Below are positions 52,201 through 64,000 of a stretch of 64,000 nucleotides of DNA, one piece after another. Source of the stretch: Takakia lepidozioides (lineage: Eukaryota > Plantae > Bryophyta); assembly GCA_030704615.1 (NCBI GenBank), contig CM060732.1, positions 40,610,001 to 40,674,000 on the forward strand, written 5' to 3'. The translations under genes and the position numbers were made by a program. Under the pieces are notes generated by a model that saw only the letters and a list, made by a program, of their open reading frames with translations, was not told the DNA's origin and ran no database searches. Positions within the stretch are counted from its first letter, which is position 1. The number at the start of each line of letters is the position of its first letter.

Positions 52201-55200
52201 ATGGCAGTCTTGGGGGCCGAATTAGTTTTACACACTTGGATAGTGACATCCAAGGCCCCCCAATTGTACTTCTTCATGGCACTCGAAATACTGCCAGGTA
52301 TTATGATGCTCATATCTGGAGACCAACCAGCCTCAATCAAAACATGAGCTCTGAGGGCTGTAACTTTCCCATCTGCCGTGAATCCCACAGTAAAGGTGGT
52401 TTTTGTAGGGCTGCGTCCGCCAATCAAAACCATGTCTGTGTTCCGGTCGAGTGAGAACCGCACAGGCCTATTCAACTTGTAGGCAGCCAGTGCACATGCC
52501 ACTGTAATCTGGAAAACAGGGAGGAAAGGGACAAAGACTTTTCAGTCATAACACAACTTAAGAAACTGGAAGTATGGTCATAAAATACCAGCACATATAT
52601 ATATGGAGTGTTATGGTGGATGGAACATGGGAGAGAATAGCATTCAACGAGGAATAGTAGATTGCATTCAAAACACTTGATGTATAGTTGTAGCACACTC
52701 TGAGCCCAGGCCCTTTTGGGGCCTAGTTATTGGGCAAACCACACACAGCAGATTGATGCTTGTGTGAAGGGATTTCTAGAGGATATCTGGAATCCCCTAG
52801 TGCCATGTGGATGAAGTAGAATAAGAAGAAACCCACAGCAGACTACACCAAATGTTGCCCAATGAGAAGCAGAAAGGAAATGAAATCGTATTTTATAAGT
52901 CCACGGTAAGTTCAAAGAGCTTATGGGACAAGAGAAAGCAAGAAACAAGAAAGAGAGAGGGGACGAGAACAGCCCAAAAGCAACTAAAGCCCAAGGGATT
53001 GTCTAGGAGTCAATGCTTCATGCAGGTAAGCTGCAAAGCATTTCTGATCCTCCTAATGGAAGACGTCTCGGAGACATGGGGTATCCCAGAATAAACAGTT
53101 AAGTGTCCCACTGATGTCTTAGTATAAAGGGCACTGAAAGAAATGTTCGCTCTTTCCACGAACTGTGCGAGCCCACCCTCAACCTCCCCAACGCCCTTGG
53201 AAAAGAGGGAGATAGGGCTGCAGACAGGTAAGTGAGCCGCAAGATTCTATCGTCACGGAGGACCAAGAATGTCTCCCGATAGAACTGCAGTTTTGTCTTT
53301 GAAACAAAGCACTTTCCACTGGGAGGCCTGAAGGACCTGAGAGAAGAAAGAGGGAGACATGTACTGATTAACTATCTTCCGAGGCCCTGTAAGTCAGACC
53401 CAGAACCCTGTGCACAATTTGGATGGAAGTTTGAACGGGGGGTTCAGAGGGGACACAAGACAGACAGATACAGGACTACATCAAAAGCAAGTTAATGGCT
53501 CTTACAGGAACGTTCCGAAACATTTTGCCTCCAAATGCACCACCAAGCCGGCGAGTAATGACACGGACGTTGTGCACAGGAAGTCCTAGGCAGGCAGCTA
53601 TGGTCCCTTGCACAGTCTCTGGGGCCTGGCTAGCGCAGTACACCACAATGCACCCATCCTCGTCTGGGACAGCTAGAGCTGTTTGTGTCTCCATGTAGAA
53701 ATGATTCTGGGATGGTGTGGATACCTGTACAATGTCCCACATCAAATTTGGTTTCAACACCCATCTGCTTAAGATAAAACCAGTGCAAATAAAAGACATA
53801 CTGACAATTCTGGTTGAACAAGATGAAATCCTCCTCACAAAAAGCATTAGTAATATGTGTTTGTGTGTGTTGAGCAAGAGAGAGAGACAGTGTAATCATA
53901 CTTCCAAATATTGCCTACGGCACCCTTGAGGGCCTAATCCCAGAGGAACAGACCCCTCCATGGGGTTTCACCAGTGTATATGAAAGTAGGCCCGAAATTC
54001 TAAGTAGTGCACAGTCACAACCTGTTCCAGAGGCTTGAGTGTTCATTCCTTGACACATACTAAGAACTTTAAGAGGATTCCTAAACTGCTCACCTAGCCG
54101 TGAGTCATGATGGCTTGAAAACTACTTACCTCAGCCCCTTCAATCTTGAAGTCCGCCTCTGCAAGGCCCTTTGTGACATCTCCTATTGGCTGCAGCTCAT
54201 GGGCTATGAACCAGTGAGGATCAAAGAAGGATTTCTCGGTGACCGCATCCTCCACAGAGAGGACAGCAGGTCCAACACTATGTATATCGTAGTCTATGCT
54301 GACTTTGGCTGCAGCATGTCTAGCGTGGTCATATGTGTCTGCAACCTGTTCAAGACCACCATATCCCATGTTACAACACTCTTGAGGTGGAGACATTTCC
54401 TCAATATTATTTCCAGTCCTGAATTTTCCTGCTCTTCCCCTGAAATGACTTCAGTAGAGAGTGGGTGATATATGAGACCGCTCTCCAAACAAATCTGGCG
54501 CTATTTTGAACATTGGCATCAACTGGCATGTCTGCTTCAGGTGGGTAGCTGCACCGTGAGGCCATGAGATACTAGCTTCATACTATGCTTTCTTACAGTG
54601 ATGACGGTTCTCCCAAAACTGTTAAAAGGCAAATTTTGAAGTGAAGAAATCTCAACACAGCTCTAGCACCCCCCTCCTCCTGGCCACCAGCCAAAAAGTA
54701 AAGCAAACAAGTACTTCAGGTTAGTGGAAAGTTCTACAACTCCTAAAAGATGAGTAGGTGATGTGAGAGTCCACTCTCCAAACAAATCTGCTATCTTCAT
54801 TGACATCAACCGGCATGTCTGCTTACGGTGGATAGCAGAAGACCATGAGGCCATGAGATACTAGCCTCATACTATGCTTTCTTACAGTGATCACAGTTTT
54901 CCTGAAACTGTTAAAAAGGCAAACTTTGAAGTGAAGCAATCTCCCCCACACAGCTCTAGCACCCCTCTTCCTCCTGGCCACCCTCCAGAAGTATAACAAA
55001 CTTGTGCTTCAGGTTAGTGGAAAGTACCACAACTCCCAAAAGTTGACCGACACACTCCACAAGATCTGTAGCAAAGAGGGTCTCTGTACAGAAGGCATGT
55101 GAAATTCCCACATTCTTTCCGCCAGGGGGAATGTCACTAGCAGAGACATACGCCACTGCACCTACAGACCCCAGGGCGGAATTTGCAGCCACACCCTTTA

Positions 55201-58200
55201 TCTTGGCCAAGGGCTCCTCACTATAAACAAATGCAGCGTGTAGGCAATTCTCTGGTGACGGAATATCGTCAACATATATAGCTTCTCCTGCAATCAGAAA
55301 TCCAAAGCATTTCCTTTCAGAACGTTTGACCCTGCCAACCTGGACAGGCCAAAGCCTGAAGTACTGCCATTTGGAGGAACCTTAACTACAGTATGAGAAC
55401 ACAAAGATCTCGAAACGTAGAAGCCCGGCATAGTTACACCAAGAGAGCAAGAGAGGGTACCAGATGCTTGGAGCTCAGCAAAAACCTTGGGTGCAGGTTG
55501 GTTCACTGGGAAATGCTCGTCAGTCACCGTGATGGTCTGCATTCCGCTGTGACGGCCCTGTGAAATCAGACGCAAAGAGAATGGAATCCTTATACATTGA
55601 TTGCGGCGACCTTGTGGCCATAGATCCTCTACATAGTTTTGATGGAGCAAAGAAGGGGAGGGACAGGACGACAGCAAAATGCTTTATAGCAAAAGGCTTC
55701 TTTCAGAAGTGGAGATGTACCTTGATCTTTGATGCTTTTCGGCTTTCAGAAATTTCATCCTGAACGAATTCCCAGAATTCTCCTATGCCATTTGAAGACA
55801 GCAATCTGGTTTATGGGGTAGATTCCAAAACAGGCACTGGATACAAGAGTAAGACAGTCCAGGTGCCATCAGAGCTTCCAAATTCCTTGCCGCTATATAC
55901 TGGCCATCTGGTATCCACAAACTCTAAGACATGAGTGTGATATTTGACTAGAGATGTAGATTATGAACAAATCGCAGGTGCTGGGGCTCAGATCACTTAC
56001 AACAGTACGTTGCCTTGTGGGTGAGGTTTTGACTGGGAGGAGAGGATTGAGAAATTCGAACAGAAAACCAACAGCCGAGCTTACACGAAACTCTGCCTTG
56101 GTTGTCCCAACACGCGGAACAACATCTTTTTTTAATAAAGAAACAGCCTCCAGCAGCAGGCTTGGGGTCAGAACTTTGCTGGTAAGCAACTCTTCAACTT
56201 TCAATGCCCGAATGGCATGCTTTGTCCCAAATGCACCATATGCCAACCGAACCTTCTGGATCACAGTTCCTGCTCCATTGTCAGAGACATGGGCAAAGAA
56301 AGCTGCATTAATGTAGGAGACAGCATTCCCCATAGGCCGTGGTGAGGCCCGAAAGGTCTTGAACACCAATTTGGAGCCACTGGAAGCGTCACTGACCTTC
56401 CTATTCCCATTGACTGAACCGTTGATAACTTGATGACCATTGCTAACTGGACCCCCATCCTTACCATTCCCATTGACCGAACCGTTGATGACATGATGAC
56501 CATTGCCAACTTGACCCCCATCCTTCTCATTCCCATTGACTGAACCGTTGATGACATGATGACCATTGCTAACTTGACCCCCATCCTTCTCATTCCCATT
56601 GACTGAACCGTTGATGACATGATGATCATTGCTAACTTGACCCCCATCCTCAAGTGGAATCCAAATGGACTGCAACAAACTCCCATCATCCAGCAACCCT
56701 TTTGCAAGAAACTCGTCCAGATTCAGAGATTCGATAATGGGATGTGTTTTCCCCTCTGAGACAATTTTAACTGCAACCCCAGCTCCAAGGAGGATGGTGG
56801 CTAGATCTGATTCGAAAGAATACTGCTGGGCCATCACCAAATTACCCCCCACACTTCCCCAGTTGCGCACATGTCCTGTGGCCAATTGCTTGAGGTGGGT
56901 TGCTAGAGCAAGACGTATGGAGTTGTTCACGCCCTCCTCATAAGAGAGGGAGCCTCCATTTGCTTTACCAGTTTCCTGTGTCTGCTTTACAGCAGAGATG
57001 GGGCTCAGGGGTGCAGAGTCTTCCAAAAGGTCAACGAGTTTAGCAATGCTTATAGCTGCACCCACTTCAATTCCATGAGAATCTTGATGAATTGAGAGCA
57101 GTTCAGGTACCTGGACACAAGAGTACAATCATATGATTAAGTTCCTTTACCTGTGTGAAGGAAGAAGCTGCTACTTTCAAGGAAGCTTCTAATGACATCA
57201 TGATACCAGAAGAGGAAGGGGTGCTCCCAAATGCCCATATCTAGCAATTATGACTCACATACTACCCCCTCCACCACCTAATTAATAGAAACACCTTTTC
57301 AGCTAGGTTTTCATGGACGCAATTCCTGGTACTTGTTAGTCTAAGGCCAGAATTCGCTGACTGCACTCAGATGCAAAACATACCTTGCTTATGTCAATGA
57401 AGACTTCAGGTTTTAGGTCTTTGAAGATTCCAGAGCTGGTGTTCCCCACAACAAGTTTTACATTACGTTTACCCTGGTACAATTTCAAGGCAGAGAAGAC
57501 TTCTGCCAGATTTCTGGGGCTGACCCACAAACGGTCCTTTTCCCCTTCGTCTGGGCTTGTGTCAACATGTCGGAAATGCAACTGCTGTGAATGATCGTGA
57601 GGTTCGTTGTCTTGTTTGCTGGGTATCGCCTTTGCCTCTAACTCTTCAAGGAGAAACTTTGGAAATATGGGGTCCGCTGATGGATCGTACTGCGGAAGCT
57701 GACCTGGGCCTCCCAACAGATTATTTGCCTGAAAGGAATTTAGCCCCAGGTCTTCCAGATCCACATCACAAGCAAAACTCTTGCAAGCATCGAGAATGGG
57801 TCTGTATCCGGTGCAGCGACACAGATTGCCAGAAACAGCTTTCTCAGCTTTCTCAACAGTGAGACCCGGAATAGCATAGGCCTTGTTACATAAACCTGTA
57901 CCATTGCTTTGCGAGCTTTCTTTCGTGGGCCCCAAATCAGCTGTATGATCTCCGTTAATCATACCATTAGAGATGCAGCTAGAATTCTTCGCTTGTTGGG
58001 TCCTCAGGCATCCATAGATGGCCATGGTCATTCCTGGGCTGCAGAATCCACATTGGGAAGCATGAAAACCGGAGAGCCGTTTATGAATAGCATGATGTCC
58101 ATCGCGTAAGCTCCCAAGCCCTTCAGTCGTCGTGATTGCACAGCCATCAATGGAGCAAAGGAGAGTGAGGCAGGAGTTGATAGTGAGCTCTTCCACTTTC

Positions 58201-58873
58201 TTGGTGCTTGAATTGTACCTCGAGAGAAGAACGACACAAGCGCCGCAGCCACCTGCAGGTGCGAACCCATTAAGGATACTTGAAATCACATATCACATAA
58301 TTTTCAGAAACTACACTCCGATTATATCAAGCATAGGAAGAGAGACAGGTTTTGAATTGATGATATCAGCTCAGGGATTGAACGAAGTACAGTTCACCCA
58401 GAGTCCCCAATTGGCGTGTACCACACAGAATCGAGTGCTTTTTGGAGAAAAGGCTGTGCTATACAAAAGTTCGCCGATGTGGATCAGTGATTTCAACCTA
58501 CAGCTTCAAATCCGCAAATTTAGCAAGAGGAACATGCAGGAAATCGTAGAATTGGTTCATTTCAGACTCTGACTTCAGAGCTACTCATCGTTCACAGAGA
58601 CACGCACTTCCTCAAGACGCTCAAGTAACAATTTACTAGGGACAGTGTGATTTGACCTCGAACAGTTAACAACAGCATGAAAACATTAACAGGGAGCAAA
58701 GATGCATCTTCACCTTCCCCACATCCGCGCTTGGTGCCGCGGAGGGGTGTGTGCGTGCGAATATAGTAGAGAAGCGTGGTGGCAGGGTCCACGTTGTCCA
58801 GCTCCACACGCTTTCCATTCAACGCGAACACCAGGGGCCTGCTCCCCGGCTCAGCAACGCTGAGCTTCCCCAT
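49217..58873 (-). CDS. Aldehyde oxidase (molybdo-flavoenzyme, AAO family), multi-exon
   Basis: 2Fe-2S motifs [23 protein letters not shown] and [15 protein letters not shown] domain [11 protein letters not shown]. Moco domain [69 protein letters not shown] is AO-type rather than the GGKET/KAVGEPP of XDH. Confidence 0.95.
52700..52795 (+). mobile_element. LINE family A fragment
   Basis: Reverse-complement match to about 26975-27065. Confidence 0.75.
52866..53340 (-). mobile_element. LINE family B 3' end copy in an aldehyde oxidase intron
   Basis: Homologous to 5515-5800, with GRLRVGSH and EHFFQCPLY-like motifs. Confidence 0.75.
54481..55046. repeat. Tandem duplication of about 290 bp spanning an AO exon end and intron
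   Basis: About 54481-54751 aligns with about 54773-55046 throughout, e.g. tgaggccatgagatactagc.tcatactatgctttcttacagtgat. Confidence 0.9.
56403..56650 (-). repeat. In-frame coding minisatellite, 4 x 63 bp (21 aa), in the AO FAD-domain exon
   Basis: [21 protein letters not shown]-like unit repeated four times in ORF 55893-57128. Confidence 0.95.
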
Positions 58874-61244
58874 CTCTCTTTCAGCTCGGTTCCCCCTCCA
58901 CACTTTGCAGTGTTTGATCTCTGATGAGGTGCAGAGCACACTCTTACACACCACCCACTACAGTCAGAGTGGGTTTGAGATGGTGGCATTAATCTATCTC
59001 AGATCACACGATGATAATCTACACATATTACCGAAAATACCGAAAATACCGAAAGTGTATTATATAGCCAGGAATCAAGTTCATGATCACATGGCGTTGA
59101 CTTGGATTCCAACAGCAGCAGTGTCCTTTCAACGGGAAGGCTTCAATCTTAGCAATCAAGCTGAATGCAAGCGTGCGAACGGTTGCCCGGTACCGGGGTG
59201 GGCGGAGGTCGATATGCCCTGCTACTAACTTAGATACCTGCGTGCAACGCATAGATACAGACAGGTACAGAGATCTCTTCAGTCAGTGTAACTTCGATCC
59301 AGTCCATCCATTGGAGACGAGCGCTTGCACATGCTGACGGCAACGTGGGTGCTGTTTTCAACACATTTGTTCGTCAATCAAATCCCTGTCCAACCTGACA
59401 CATCTCTTACAGTAGTCATGGAGGAGGCAGGAGGGAGGAGGGAGAGAACCCAGTTGAGCTGAATGGGAGGCCGCCATGAGGATCAATCACTTTGATGTCC
59501 GGGTATAATGTCAGATATTCTGTGTTGACAATTTCTCAACGACAACTGGGACCACCAAAAGCAGACCGGAGAAGGGGGAAGAGACAGAGACAGACGCCCT
59601 TCCGACCGGGTGTTGGAAGGAATCGGCTATTATTGGGTAAACCTTTCATATTTCCCACGACATGAGGTAAAGAAAGGTGTACACTATGTACCCCAACTAA
59701 GGGCTTGGGTTACATATTGAGTTGAATCTTTTATAAAATCGGTGGAGAGTGGCTCTCGCATAGGAATGCAGGAAATTGCATTGGAGATATAATCTTGAGC
59801 AGAAAAATCTGTCACATATAGATACTCCGACAAAATGAAAATATATGTCGACATATAACTTGTTGCTCCTCATAAAAGTCCCTTGTATAACAAACTTGTA
59901 CACCCTCCACCCCCCAAACCAATCTCACCAAGGGACATAAAGGGGAAAAAAAAGAGAGAAAAAAAGAGGAACTAATATAATGAAATGTAAGTATGTCAAT
60001 GTAAGGACTAGAGAAAGTTATAGGCTGTTTTAGCCATGTATCATAACAATGATGTACGCTAGCGCTAGTATGCTCAATCCTTGTACTATCAAAACTAGTC
60101 CCTTCTCCTTCCATACTTCCACATTATGGGCGTCTGCCCCTAGTCCCTACCGCCAACACCCCTTGCCGGGGTTGGTATCGCGCGAGCAGAATCAAAACCA
60201 ACGGAGGTTGGGTAGCTTGTGAGCATGCTCACATTGAGCACAATCGAATATTAAGGATATTCTCTAGATGCCTTTCGAATATTCTCCACTAAAATTGAGA
60301 TTCTAAAAACTTTGCGAAACTTTTTTGTAATATCATCACTTAAGAAACAAGTAACACCTATACACGATAAACATGTTACCCTATAGGCGTGGGGTTTCCT
60401 CACATTATGCGAACCGGATACCCCAAAAAACCCCAAAAAAACAAAAATCGTGGTTTTCAGTCTGGGTATCGGCAGTTTAAGCCCTAGAAAAGTTATTTTC
60501 GCACTGAGAAATAAATCTGAAGGTACTCATATGCACCGTGCCTGTTAACATGTAATTCCTATGATCGCACTTTGAAAACATTTAACCCCTATGACCGCGG
60601 GTTGTGCTCACAGGATACCAACCCCCAAATCAACTCGAGCACAATCCACGATTATAGAAATAATATGTCTGCAAACGGAAATATAAGTCATAGGTAGACA
60701 TAGGGTACGACTATGTTAGTAGGGTCAGTTGCATGGTCTATGAGTATATTTTAGCTAAAACCCTATGGACATACAGGCAAACATAAATATTAATAGTGAA
60801 ATATTACTTTTAATATTATAATATATAAACAACATTATTTAGCTAGCAATATGTGAGGAATACTTAGATATATCGAGTTTGGACAGTTTCATTGGTGAAA
60901 CAAACCCACAAACCGTGACTTCCAACTCCACCAAGAGGGCTCTTGTGAGTTGGGTTCAAATCTGCCAAAAAAAAACATGGGGGATTGGGTGTGCTGGATC
61001 CCAATGTGCAAATAACTGATCTTTTGGCAAAATGGGTACCAAGAATTTGAACCCACTTCTCCAGCCCTTGGAGTAAGAGCCGGGTTCCATGGGCACTCCC
61101 AAACTCCCCCCCAAGCAAGCACCCGAGGAAGGAATCGCCTCTTAATGAGATGAGGTGGTTCCATGGAGACATTTCCATTCACCCCTCTAGAAATCTTGGC
61201 ACCAATTTTATGTGGGCCCATGACATACTAAGTAATAATTAATA

Positions 61245-61832
61245 TAAATTTTGGATCAAGTGGGCAGATATTTGGAAGAAACAAAGAATTTCTGGTTTTC
61301 TGTGGCGTGTCGCCAATAGAATTTTGCCAGTGGGATCCTTCATCTCAGATCTTCCTACCACTTGTGTCACCTATTGTGACAACCGGGTGGAAGATATAGA
61401 ACACTGTCTTGTTCACTGTTCCTTCGCAACTCTCATCTAGTCTCGTGTTACTTCGTTTTATGCTCACTGGAATGATAAGCTTTCATATTCTACACCTGCA
61501 CTTCTTCTTAATTCCATGTATGGCTCTTTGTTTTGTTCCTGTCACGTGTGGGACGCTCTCATGAGGTGCTTTTCTTTGGAACATATGGAAGATGCGTTGT
61601 GCTGTTGTTTTTAGGGGTGCATTTCCATGCTGGCAGAAGGTTCTTGTTGCGGCTCATTCAGACATAATGTCTGAGACCAAAAAAACTTGGATGATGTTTG
61701 TGGCAGCTCTCTCCAGGGGCGACAACCCGTGAAGGATCCAGCTCCTTACAAGATTTGACAAATCCTGGGGTTTTAATGACTTCATCTACAAGAGGCTCTC
61801 AGTAAGATCGAGTTGCTTGGAACGAGACCCTC
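61245..61832 (+). mobile_element. L1-type LINE 3' fragment (zf-RVT region), degenerate
   Basis: W..IW...GFLWRVANRILPVG...C..YC...VEDIEHCLVHCSFA...LWNIWKMRC, with stops and frameshifts. Confidence 0.75.
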
Positions 61833-62408
61833 TGTCACGGACATTGCCCAGATGAACTTACCAGGAGTAAATACCAGAAATTATCAAATTATCATGTTAT
61901 CAAAAGTTACCATGATTTACTATGATTTACCATTAGTTACCAAGTTTCCGGGAATTTACCAGATTACCAAAAATAACTTGGAAAACTGCTCAGGAAGCTT
62001 TATTTCGAGGAAACTTCTCCATCAAGATACCTCATTTGTTTAAGAAAGCTTCTCCATCAAGAATCCTCCTTTGGGGAAGCCTCTTAGGGAACCTCCTAGT
62101 AGCCAGTATATATAGGAGGCGAGACTGGACACTCTTCAGTCTCGCCAACACCAGTTCAAGCTACTCTTGTTTCCAGTGTCCAATACTCTAGCCCAGTTTC
62201 CAGTATCCAGTATCTAGTACTCCAGTCTAGTTTCCAGCATTTCAGTATTCAAGTCGTGTTCCAATATCTTGTACTCTTGTTCATTGTTATAAAGATCATA
62301 TTGATTCTTATTTACTCATCGTGCCCACGCCGACCTTGACTTCTTATCTAGTCTTGTACCTCTAGTCTGATCTTTTGTTTGTGTTCAGTCATGTTCTCGT
62401 CCTTAACA
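61833..62408 (+). repeat. 5' LTR of the Ty3/gypsy element
   Basis: TGTCACG...CTTAACA termini, TATATATA at 62107-62114, directly upstream of gag. The second LTR is outside the window. Confidence 0.75.
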
Positions 62409-64000
62409 GTTTGACGAGACTAAAATTTGTTCCTTAGTTAGTTAAGGTGGAAGACACATTTGCGGAAATGGTCGTCACATTGTAGAGTCTTCAGCTCCAA
62501 ATGCAAGAACTTCGTATCTTTACTGCCCAACTACAAGTTGATCAGTCTCAAGATGTTGGCAACGCTCTCAACAAATTGCAACAACAAATTTCAGAGTTGA
62601 AGGAGTCGAACAATGGATCTTCAACCTTACGAGTCTCTACTACAACAAATCCTTCAACATATTACAAGAAAACCAAAGGTTAGCATGCCCGAAAAATTTG
62701 ATGGGATGAGATCAAGATTTCGCGGTTTTGTTCAACAAGTACGATTGTTCTTACGGCTACATCCACAACGCTACCCTGATGAAGGTATTCAAGTGGGATT
62801 TGTGGGCACCCTTCTATCAAGCACTGCCCTATCTTGGTTTCACCGCTATTAGAGAAAAATTTCCATTTACTATACAATTTTGAAGCGTTCATATCCGAGT
62901 TCACTGCAACGTTTGGAGATAATGATAGAGAGAGAGTTGCAGAGACAAAGATGCGAAATCTTCGACAATGAGCACGTCCAACTTCCGTTTATGCTGCCGA
63001 ATTTCGACGATTTGCGTGCGACCTCAATTGGAATGAGAAGAGTCTCATTAGTCAATTTCGATGTGGCCTAAAAAAAGATGTAAAAAATTTGTTGTTGATG
63101 ATGCCAAACGTGAGTACACTGAGCGAATTCATTACTCAAGTCATTGCATGCGATAATCGTTTGTTCGAAAGACGTCAAGAGAAACGATCTGGATGGTCGA
63201 CGACGCACCATGCCGCTGCTACCACGGCACGAAACATAACGATCCATCAGACATCCGGTAATGATCTTATGCAGATTGATGTTGTCTGATTCAAGCCATT
63301 GACGCCACAAGAAAAATAAAGACGGCGCTCAAATGGATTATGTCTTTATTGCGGAGAAGATGATCACATAGCATTAAACTGCCCCAACAAGAAAAGATTC
63401 AAAGCTCGAGGCACAACTCAAGTGTTCGATACGATGAGGTCGGAAAACGAAGATGTCCAGTCACAGTAGGGACCATGCGGCTAGACACCCAAATTCCTTA
63501 CCAAAAAAATGTCTTTTTCTACCTCCAGACCTTGTACCTTGTTTCATAGTTCCAGTAAAGATCAAGATACAAAATCGAGATATCTCTGTAGAAGCATTTT
63601 TGGACTCGAGCGCTTCAGCGTGTTTTATTGACAAAGACTTTGCGAAGCAACACAATTTAACACTCGTAAGAAAGAAATTCTCGGCCCCTGTTGAAGTCAT
63701 CGATGGACGACTCTTAGCATGAGGAAATATTGACCATGAAACTCGACCCCTTGAAGTGAAGCTTAAAAATCAAACATCACATATTGTTTTCAATGTCATC
63801 CAGTCTCCTACGAATCATGTGATCCTTGGACTTCCCTGGTTTGTACTTCATAATCCTGACATCGACTGGTGATCACGAAAAATTTCGGCAAGACAAAAAT
63901 GCAAAAGTACCAAAAGTATTTAATCCCTGTTTCTTGGAGCTAGAGCCTTCATGAGAGCTACAAAGAAAGACGCGACATTTGCACTTTATGCGACTCCGAT
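61833..64000 (+). mobile_element. Ty3/gypsy LTR retrotransposon, Tf1/sushi (chromovirus-like) group, decayed, truncated by the window end
   Basis: Gag PKVSMPEKFDGMRSRFRGFVQQVRL...ALSWF, CCHC knuckle LCLYCGEDDHIALNCP, protease AFLDSSASACFID...VILGLPW. Several stops and frameshifts. Confidence 0.92.

Noticed and set aside
59690-61240. AT-rich region with recurring GAGCACAATC motifs, possibly a DNA transposon or Helitron
   Set aside because: No matching termini or TSD could be identified.

Overview
Eukaryotic nuclear DNA from a land plant, probably a seed-free lineage judging by its retroelements. Six intron-containing genes can be reconstructed: a SCAPER-like gene (-, runs off the window start), VPS26C/DSCR3 (-), an ankyrin-repeat/PH-domain gene (+), KAPA synthase BIOF with a C-terminal PKL (-), a plastid enolase (+) and a molybdo-flavo aldehyde oxidase (-). 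Between enolase and aldehyde oxidase lies an accessory block of about 12 kb (36.3-48.8 kb). It holds an RLE-type LINE remnant, a foldback MITE, an intronless frameshifted ORF with an ADP-ribosyltransferase-like (DUF3990-like) domain followed by an A-tail, a truncated CWC15 copy, and a degraded coiled-coil gene interrupted by a hAT MITE. Introns carry many 5'-truncated LINE tails of two families. The window ends in a Tf1/sushi-type Ty3/gypsy element that appears to be self-priming and directly follows an L1 remnant. All family assignments come from recognising motifs by eye; no database search was run.
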